64,000 nucleotides of DNA, taken from Patescibacteria group bacterium (GTDB taxonomy: Bacteria; Patescibacteriota; Patescibacteriia; 2-12-FULL-57-11). The notes beneath the pieces are model-generated. The model was not told the DNA's origin. It saw only the letters and a list, made by a program, of their open reading frames with translations, and searched no databases. The position numbers and the translations under genes were made by a program. The stretch spans positions 722,893-786,892 of the forward strand of contig SCUL01000002.1 in assembly GCA_004297205.1 (NCBI GenBank). Reading direction: 5' to 3'. Shown here piece by piece: positions 57,360-64,000 of this stretch. Within the stretch, counting starts at the first letter, position 1. Each line of letters starts with the position of its first letter.

Positions 57360-58577
57360 CTAATACACGCTGACGTGAATATGGTCGTAATGGCCGCACA
57401 TGGTGCGGGCGCCGATGGTGGCGTTGAAGCGGCCCTCGTTCATGAGCAGCGGTCCCGTGGCCGTGCCGGTACGGGTCGAGCCCTCGCAGATAACCTCGTC
57501 GCGGCTCAGTTCGTAGTGGCCGAAGACGTCCTTGATGCGCACGAGTCCCGGACGCGCGATCGTCTCCACGATGTAGCGTTGCAGCGCGGCGTTGTTGGCG
57601 AAGTCGATGCCGCGACCGTCCCAGTGGTTGGACTCTCCCTCATGGCCGCCCGATCGCGCGCTTTCCATGCATGCCGCGCAGCGCACGCGGCCTTCCGCGG
57701 TGTCGGCGCGGCCGGACGCGCAGCGGCTGTGGTTGCCGATCAAGGTCGCAACGCGCAGCGGGCCGCTCAGATCGCCGCGCGCCTTGGCCTCGCCCAGCAG
57801 GACGAGGAAGCGGCAGGTGTTCGGGGAGAGTTGGACCCCGGCGGCGTCGCCTTCGTCGAAACAGGCACCGCTCGAACTGCGGTCATTGCTGCCGTTATAG
57901 CACCAGATGCAGGCGTTGCGGGTGATGGTTCCTCCCGCGAGAATGCCGGCCCGGTCGTTTGGGCGCGAGATGCCGATGGTGCCGTCGGTCACCAGTTCCG
58001 CGAGACGCGTGCAATCGGCGCTCGTCGCTTCCGCGCCCCCTCCCGCACCTCCGGCGGGCGGCGTATACGTTCCCGGATCGATGTCCGCTTCCGATGCCGC
58101 GGGGTCTTCCACCCGCCGCACCAGGTCGACGCGGATGCTGCGGAAATTCACGAGCTCGGGGTTGATCAGGTAGAGGATGGTGTAGCTCCCGAGCGCGAGC
58201 AGGAGCCCCATGATCGCGCGGATGATGGTGTCCCTGGCGGCGCCGATCGTCGAAGCGTTCCCGGCCGCCGTGACCCAGCGGATGCCGCCGATCACGATCA
58301 TGACCATGGCGAACGTCACGATGACGCCGATCGAGAAGCGGTAGATGGCGAGGATGTATTCGGCGACGAAGGGGATGTCCACGTACCGGTTGCCGCCTTC
58401 GCCCTGCACCACGAGCGTGGAAAAGGAAGGGAGCGTCGGGATGGGCAGCTGGAGGGTGGGTACCGCCGGCGTGAACGGGAGATTGGCGTTCTCGTTCACG
58501 GTCGCGGCCTGCGCCAAGGACGGAAAAAGCAGGCAGGTGAGCGCGGCAACCAGGACGCGTTTGGTGAGCTCGTGCAT
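57360..58577 (-). CDS. Pilin-like (TrbC/VirB2-type) protein fused to an M15/LAS-type peptidase domain
   Basis: Signal peptide, pilin-like TM pair (MIVIGGIRWVTAAGN...SYTILYLINPEL), SNHWDGRGID (Hx6D) and HYDHIH; start ATG 58577. Confidence 0.72.
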   Translation of the reverse strand: MHELTKRVLVAALTCLLFPSLAQAATVNENANLPFTPAVPTLQLPIPTLPSFSTLVVQGEGGNRYVDIPFVAEYILAIYRFSIGVIVTFAMVMIVIGGIRWVTAAGNASTIGAARDTIIRAIMGLLLALGSYTILYLINPELVNFRSIRVDLVRRVEDPAASEADIDPGTYTPPAGGAGGGAEATSADCTRLAELVTDGTIGISRPNDRAGILAGGTITRNACIWCYNGSNDRSSSGACFDEGDAAGVQLSPNTCRFLVLLGEAKARGDLSGPLRVATLIGNHSRCASGRADTAEGRVRCAACMESARSGGHEGESNHWDGRGIDFANNAALQRYIVETIARPGLVRIKDVFGHYELSRDEVICEGSTRTGTATGPLLMNEGRFNATIGARTMCGHYDHIHVSVY

Positions 58578-58582
58578 AGCCG

Positions 58583-59776
58583 TCATTCCACCTGGATTAT
58601 TCTGGTCAGCAGCCCGCCGCAGCTGCTCCTGATGCAGATCGTACCAGCGCTGACGAAGTTCCCATAGCCGCCGTTCACGACGTTGGCGCGCCCGCCGCCG
58701 GCAGGGCTCACGAAGATCGCGGAATGCTGGCCGGCCACACTGCCACTCGTGAGTCCGTTGGCGTTGTAGATCCAAAAGACGTCTCCCGGCCGGAGCGTGT
58801 CCGCCCAGGTATCGGGCCAGACGCTTTCGCCGAAGTGGCTGCGCAGCGCGACATACGCCGCCTCCTGGGAGGTTCTCGCGCATTCGGACACGCTTTTTCC
58901 CGAGGAAACGCAGGCACGCCCGGCTTCTTGATGGGGCCGGAGCAGGGAAGAGTTCGTTTCCATGCCGGACGGATAGACGAGGCGCGCATGCGCGATGTCC
59001 CGGACGATGGTTTCCCAGGTGTTCCCGCAGGAGCCCATGTGGACGCCGCACTTCACGGCGGCGTCGGCGATGTGCAGCACGCGCGTCCGTGCCGGTTCCG
59101 ACGCATACCGCGCCGAGGCGGCCTCGATGAACTGGCGCGTCCGTTCTTCCCTGTCGGGTGCACCGCATCTCACGGCCGCGCTGAGCGTGAACGGGCATTC
59201 CGGAAACGAGGGAAGCGGTTCTTCGTCGCACGCCCGCAGCCCGAGGCTGCCGCGTTCCCCCGGCGCCCAGGTCGGCTCGCGCGTGGTACGCATCTCGCTG
59301 GCGACATCCACCGTTCGCACCAGGTCGACGCGCAGCGCCCGAAAGTTCACGAGTTCGGGATTGATGATGAAGAGAATGGTGTAGCTGCCGAAGGCGAGCA
59401 GGAGTCCCATCACGGCGTTGGTGATGCGCGTCTTGGCCGTCTGGATGGTTCCGGCGTTGCCGGCGGCCGTCATCCATTGGATGCCCGCGACGACGATCAT
59501 GACCATGGCGAGCGTCACCATGATGCCGAGCGCGTAGCGGAAGATGAGGACGACGTACTCGGCAATGAAGGGGACGTCGACGTAGCGGTTTCCTCCTTCG
59601 CCCTGCACCTGGAGCTTCGAGAATCCCGTATAGCCCGGGATGTAGACCGCCGGCTCCGGCACGGCCGGCGTGAACGGCACATTTTCATTGACCTCCGCGG
59701 CCGCCGCCGGAGAGGCGGCCAACGCACAAAAAAACACGACAAGAACCAACAGGGACGCGCGCGTCGGGAACCGCAT
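58583..59776 (-). CDS. Pilin-like (TrbC/VirB2-type) protein fused to an NlpC/P60-CHAP-like domain
   Basis: Paralogous N-terminal module; GSCGNTW, LRPGDVF, GQHSAIFV. Confidence 0.7.
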   Translation of the reverse strand: MRFPTRASLLVLVVFFCALAASPAAAAEVNENVPFTPAVPEPAVYIPGYTGFSKLQVQGEGGNRYVDVPFIAEYVVLIFRYALGIMVTLAMVMIVVAGIQWMTAAGNAGTIQTAKTRITNAVMGLLLAFGSYTILFIINPELVNFRALRVDLVRTVDVASEMRTTREPTWAPGERGSLGLRACDEEPLPSFPECPFTLSAAVRCGAPDREERTRQFIEAASARYASEPARTRVLHIADAAVKCGVHMGSCGNTWETIVRDIAHARLVYPSGMETNSSLLRPHQEAGRACVSSGKSVSECARTSQEAAYVALRSHFGESVWPDTWADTLRPGDVFWIYNANGLTSGSVAGQHSAIFVSPAGGGRANVVNGGYGNFVSAGTICIRSSCGGLLTRIIQVE

Positions 59777-59826
59777 ACGGCCCCATGATATCAGAAAACC
59801 GGCCTGTGGGGGCCGGTCTTCGGCGT

Positions 59827-60456
59827 TCAGGGCAAGGCGTTCAGGATCTCATTCGCGGAGACGAAGCCGGAGAAACGGCGGTCACCGACGAAGAGAGAGG
59901 GGACGCCGTCGAGGCCGAGCGCGAGGGCCTCATCCACCGTGCGGTCGACGAGCGGCTTCATCGCGCCGGAGTCGATGCAGGCGAGCAAGGTGTCGGCGTC
60001 CACGCCCGCCTCGTCGGCGAGCGGACCGTAGAGCGAGACGTCGGCCGGGGGGCCCGAACGCATCAGCACGTCGTGCATCTCGAAGTAGCGTCCCTGCCGG
60101 CCGGCGCACAGCGCCGCTTCGGCCGCGGTCTGGGCGAACGGATGCTGGTTTCGGAAGGGCAGGTTCTTCCAGACGAGGCGCACCTCCGGCCGGGCGGCCA
60201 TGACCGCCGCAAGTTCGGGCTCGAGCGCGCGGCAGTAGGAGCATTGGTAGTCGCCGAAGACGACGATCGTCGGGCCGGTGCCGCCGCGCATCGGGTCGGC
60301 GATGGTGACCTCCGGCGCCGTGCGCGCCGCCGGCAGGTTCCGGTTGCCGTTGGTCGTGCCGCGTGAGGTGTTTTCCAGGACGAGCGTGCCGAAGATGACG
60401 AGGAGCAGCGCCGACAGGGCGAAGAGAAAGATGACCGGAAGCGGCGGGCGCTGCAT
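59827..60456 (-). CDS. DsbA family thiol-disulfide oxidoreductase
   Basis: IVVFGDYQCSYC, AAEAALCAGRQG, GVP cis-Pro loop. Confidence 0.92.
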   Translation of the reverse strand: MQRPPLPVIFLFALSALLLVIFGTLVLENTSRGTTNGNRNLPAARTAPEVTIADPMRGGTGPTIVVFGDYQCSYCRALEPELAAVMAARPEVRLVWKNLPFRNQHPFAQTAAEAALCAGRQGRYFEMHDVLMRSGPPADVSLYGPLADEAGVDADTLLACIDSGAMKPLVDRTVDEALALGLDGVPSLFVGDRRFSGFVSANEILNALP

Positions 60457-60460
60457 AGCC

Positions 60461-61690
60461 CTAGGGCGCCAACCGGATCTGGCGCAGCAAGTTGCTGCCG
60501 GACTCCACGAAGGTCAGGTTTCTGCCGTCCTCGGACAGGATCAGGTTTTTCATGGTGGAGTTCGAGTCCGGCCGGGCCACGAGTTTGCGGGCGCCGGTCG
60601 AGATGTCGACGCTGTAGAGGTCGTCCGGCACGTTGTCGGCGAGGCGCCGCTCCAGCCCGACGCCGCGCTCCAGCGTCCGCGGTACGGCGCAGTACACCGT
60701 GGTGCCGCTGCCGAAGGCGCATTTGTCGGCCCAGGTGTTCAGGTTCAGTTTCCGCCGGCCGGCGCCGATGCTGTCTCCGTAGCCCTCGACGATCCAGAGC
60801 ATCGGACGGTAGTCGTCGTTCGGTGAGACGGCGCTGTAGAGGAGCCGCTTGCCGTCCGGCGTCCACTTCGACGTGAAGTTCAAGCCTTCGACGATCAACC
60901 CCTTGAAGTTTTCCTTGTTCTGGCCGATGGGGATGATTTCCTGGCGGCCGAATCCCTGCGCGTCGCCGGTGCGCGACAGCGCGATGACCTGGCCGGTCGG
61001 CGAAACGTTCACCGCGACCTTGGATTCGTTGTTGCCGAGTTCCTGCACCGGCCGCGCGCTCGAGCCGTCGGCGTTCGAGACGACCAGCCAGCGGTTCGAG
61101 GGGTCGATGCCGAGACTCTTGCTCACCAGCTGGCTGGAGTCGCTGGTGAATTCAAACTCCTCCCAGTGGCGGGGGAGCGTGACCTGCCGCTGGCTGCCGA
61201 AGTCGAACAGGATGTTGGAACCGTCCGGGAATTCCAGCACGGCCTTGTCTTCGGTCGGCGCCCAGGCCACGGTGTCGACGTTGGCGAAGCGTTTGTCGGA
61301 CAGGGCGATCTTTTCGCCGGTCTCCGGGTCGATGCGGTAGAACTTGCCGTCATCCTGGTCGTAGTAGCGCACGGCGTCGCCCTCGGGGCTGGCCGAGGCG
61401 GCGGACACGGAGACGGGCGTCAGCGACGGGGTTGCCGTCAGCCCGCCGTTGGCGATCGGCGCGGCACGTTCGGCCGGAGCGATGCCGCCCGCCGGCGCGT
61501 TCGTGGGGGGAACGAAGCCGCCGCCGGCACCGGCAGGCGCGAGCCCGCCGCCGGCACCCGGCGCATTCGCGTTCGTCACGACCGCGGGCGGGGGAGCGGT
61601 CGGCGGACGGAAGAAGAAAAACCAGAGCGCGAAGCCGACGCCGAAGGTCACGGCGAGGAACGCGATGACGGGCAACATCCTCCTGAGCAT
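60461..61690 (-). CDS. Membrane-anchored TolB-like beta-propeller protein
   Basis: N-terminal TM, Pro/Gly linker, WAP/VSPTG/WTPDG propeller repeats. Confidence 0.75.
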   Translation of the reverse strand: MLRRMLPVIAFLAVTFGVGFALWFFFFRPPTAPPPAVVTNANAPGAGGGLAPAGAGGGFVPPTNAPAGGIAPAERAAPIANGGLTATPSLTPVSVSAASASPEGDAVRYYDQDDGKFYRIDPETGEKIALSDKRFANVDTVAWAPTEDKAVLEFPDGSNILFDFGSQRQVTLPRHWEEFEFTSDSSQLVSKSLGIDPSNRWLVVSNADGSSARPVQELGNNESKVAVNVSPTGQVIALSRTGDAQGFGRQEIIPIGQNKENFKGLIVEGLNFTSKWTPDGKRLLYSAVSPNDDYRPMLWIVEGYGDSIGAGRRKLNLNTWADKCAFGSGTTVYCAVPRTLERGVGLERRLADNVPDDLYSVDISTGARKLVARPDSNSTMKNLILSEDGRNLTFVESGSNLLRQIRLAP

Positions 61691-61693
61691 ACG

Positions 61694-62560
61694 TTAACTG
61701 GTGAAATAGGTGACGAGGGCCTCAAGGCTGCTGCCGACCGAGGAACAGACGTCCGGGTAGGTGAGACAGAAGCCGACGAGGGTGCCGCCGATAGCCGCCG
61801 CGATGATCAGCGGCACGGCGATCATGATAAGGAAGTTTACCATGACGACGAGCGCCAGCAGAATATCGACCACGACGAGGACGAAGATCTGCCAAATCGC
61901 CAGCTTTTTGACCTCGAACGGGTCGCCGCCGGAGGAGGCTTGGGACGGTCCGGACTCGGTGCGCGGAGCCTGCGTCCGGGTTCCCGCGCCGCCGCCAAAG
62001 TCGCCGCCGCCGAACGATCCGACGCTTTTCCCGCCCGCGCCTGCGGCGGACGACCCGGCGGATTTTGCGGTGGCGGAACCGGCGGCTTTGCCTGCGGTTT
62101 TGGCGCCGGCACCCGCCACCTCCATGCACTTGTCGAGGAACAGGGAGAGCGGACCGCCTGCCTCGGGAAGGACACCGATGTTTCCGCTCAGGAACCGGAC
62201 GTGGTAGTTGGCGAGCAGGATGAGCGGCACGATGATCGTTTCGATCTCGATGGCCGCGGTCAGCAGGTCCATGATCTCTCCGGCCGTGTCCGTGACGAGC
62301 GCAATGTCGTTTCCTCCGCCGCCCTCGCCTTTGCCGCGCGCGGCGCTGCGTTGGCTGGCGGAGAGGGCGCGGGCGGCCTGCGCCTCTTCTTCCTGGGATT
62401 CCAGTTCGGCGATTTCTTCTTCCTCGGCTTGGATCACGGCGGCCTGCACCTGTTGTCGACGCGCCGCCTCGCGTTGGGCCGCAGCCAATTCGCGCGCGGC
62501 ATTCGCCTCGGCGAATCCGCCGTATGAGCCGCCGCTGGGAAACTGCAGTGCCTCCGCCAT
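61694..62560 (-). CDS. Hypothetical membrane protein with coiled-coil and Gly/Ala-rich regions
   Basis: E/A-rich N-terminus, low-complexity middle, long C-terminal hydrophobic stretch; co-oriented in the operon. Confidence 0.7.
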   Translation of the reverse strand: MAEALQFPSGGSYGGFAEANAARELAAAQREAARRQQVQAAVIQAEEEEIAELESQEEEAQAARALSASQRSAARGKGEGGGGNDIALVTDTAGEIMDLLTAAIEIETIIVPLILLANYHVRFLSGNIGVLPEAGGPLSLFLDKCMEVAGAGAKTAGKAAGSATAKSAGSSAAGAGGKSVGSFGGGDFGGGAGTRTQAPRTESGPSQASSGGDPFEVKKLAIWQIFVLVVVDILLALVVMVNFLIMIAVPLIIAAAIGGTLVGFCLTYPDVCSSVGSSLEALVTYFTS

Positions 62561-62564
62561 ACGG

Positions 62565-64000
62565 TCAGGCGCGGCGCGACGTGAGGCGCGGCGCGCGGGT
62601 GACGAGCGCGAGCCCGTCGCCGCGCTTCTCCAGGATCAGGTTGCGGACGCGGGTTCCTCCGGCGGCGATGAGCGCGCGGGCGGCCGGACCTTCGACGTGT
62701 TCCTGGACGAGCGCACGCACGGCGCGGGCGCCCTTCTCCGGCGCGTCGGCCAACCCCGCCAGGTGCCGCACGGCTTCCGGGGTGGCATGGAGCGCCACGC
62801 GTTTCGCTTCGAGGCGCGCGGCGAGCGTGCGGATTTCCTTGTCGGCGATGGCCGTGAGGTGTTCGGAGGAGAGCGGACGGAAGACGAAGACGCGGTCGAT
62901 GCGGTTCACGAGCTCCGGCCGGAAATGGGTCAACGCTTCACGGCGCAGGTCGTCTTCGATCTGGGCCCCGCCAACGGCGGGGTCGCCGAAACCGAACGGG
63001 CCGCGGAGCCAGCGCTCATGTCCGACGTTCGAGGTCAGCACCACGATGGTCTGGCGGAAGGAAACGGTCTTACCGGCGGCATCCGTGACCTGCCCTTCGT
63101 CGAGAATTTGCAGGAGCAGGTTCAGGACGTCGGGGTGCGCCTTCTCGACCTCGTCGAACAAGACGACGCTGTAGGGGCGGCGCTTCACGGCGTCGGTCAG
63201 CTTGTTGCCTTCACGGTAGCCGACGTAGCCGGCCGGCGCGCCCAGGAGTTTTGAGACCGTGAACGACTCGCCGAATTCCGACATGTCGAGGCGGATCAGG
63301 GCCTTCGGATCGTGGAAGACCGTTTCCGCGAGCGCCTTGGCGAGCTCCGTTTTTCCGACGCCGGAGGGGCCCATGAACAGGAACGAGGCCAGCGGCCGGC
63401 CGGGATGGGCGAGTCCGGCGCGGGCGCGACGGATCGCTTCCGCCACGCCGGCGAGCACCGGCGCCTGGCCGACGACGCGTTGGCCGAGATCGTCTTCGAG
63501 CGTCAGCAACCCCGCGGCATCCGCGAGCGTCAGATCCGGAACGGGGATGCCGGTGATGCGGGAGACGACGGCCACGATGTCGGCGCGGGTGACGGTGCCG
63601 ACCGGCGTGCGGTTGCGGCGCGCGTGGTGTTCCTGCGCGTCGGCGAGCTTCGCCCGCAGGCGGTTCTCGCGCTCCTTCCACTCCAGCGCCTCGACGTACT
63701 TTTCGGCGGCGACGGCATCCTGCTTGCGCTTGCTGGCCTGGTCGATGGCCGCCTCGAGCGCGCGCAGCTCCTGCTGCTGCGGTTCGCTTCCCGCGCGCAC
63801 TTTGACGGCGGCCGCGGCTTCGTCGAGCAGGTCGAGCGCCTTGTCCGGGAAATGCCGCTCCGGCAGGTAGCGCTCGGCGAGCATCACGGCGTCGGCGCAG
63901 GCCGCCTCCTGGATTTTCACGTTGTGGAACTTTTCGTAGTTGCCCTTCACGCCGGCCAGGATGGCGCGCGTCTCCTCGGGCGACGGTTCGCGCACGTCGA
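62565..64000 (-). CDS. clpC: ATP-dependent Clp protease ATP-binding subunit (ClpC-like), partial
   Basis: RYLPERHFPDKALDLLDEA, UVR-like coiled coil, GPSGVGKTELAK, RLDMSEF, GAPAGYVG, LFDEVEKAHP. Confidence 0.92.
   Translation of the reverse strand, partial: DVREPSPEETRAILAGVKGNYEKFHNVKIQEAACADAVMLAERYLPERHFPDKALDLLDEAAAAVKVRAGSEPQQQELRALEAAIDQASKRKQDAVAAEKYVEALEWKERENRLRAKLADAQEHHARRNRTPVGTVTRADIVAVVSRITGIPVPDLTLADAAGLLTLEDDLGQRVVGQAPVLAGVAEAIRRARAGLAHPGRPLASFLFMGPSGVGKTELAKALAETVFHDPKALIRLDMSEFGESFTVSKLLGAPAGYVGYREGNKLTDAVKRRPYSVVLFDEVEKAHPDVLNLLLQILDEGQVTDAAGKTVSFRQTIVVLTSNVGHERWLRGPFGFGDPAVGGAQIEDDLRREALTHFRPELVNRIDRVFVFRPLSSEHLTAIADKEIRTLAARLEAKRVALHATPEAVRHLAGLADAPEKGARAVRALVQEHVEGPAARALIAAGGTRVRNLILEKRGDGLALVTRAPRLTSRRA

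Noticed and set aside
58578-59477. 705-aa version of the 57360 ORF
   Set aside because: The upstream part overlaps the paralog in another frame; the signal peptide starts at 58577

Overview
High-GC, gene-dense bacterial chromosomal window. Gene content points to Patescibacteria/Parcubacteria (Uhrbacteria/Magasanikbacteria-like); this is inferred from the LLGAGC-type lipoprotein, the giant Cys-rich surface protein, the PrgI-VirB4 locus, the pilin fusions and the SD-poor core genes. Housekeeping content: tyrS 3' end, argS, cysS, nusA, yidC, CIRCE-groES-groEL, frameshifted prfB, tsaC, rsmA, recG, radA, a Clp ATPase and five tRNAs (Leu-GAG, Val-TAC, Ser-GCT, Ser-TGA, Arg-GCG). A chromosomal T4SS-like/surface locus (3038-aa Cys-rich protein, VirB6-like, PrgI, VirB4, VirB8-like, ComF) is split by an accessory island at ~33.7-40.9 kb carrying myxobacterial-style lipoproteins. 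Most notable observations: (1) a small GIY-YIG nuclease sits between a duplicated tRNA-Leu 5' half and the intact tRNA, and the duplicate carries an exact 20-bp palindrome insertion (CCTGCCTGCCGGCAGGCAGG) that recurs 39 kb away, nested in another hairpin inside a CDS; (2) an unannotated ~350-nt highly structured ncRNA candidate with its own promoter; (3) unrelated lipoprotein genes share homologous 5' leaders and 3' structured elements, like cassettes; (4) tandem pilin-like proteins are fused to different peptidoglycan-hydrolase domains; (5) a 126-bp MITE-like element. All calls come from motif recognition; no searches were run.
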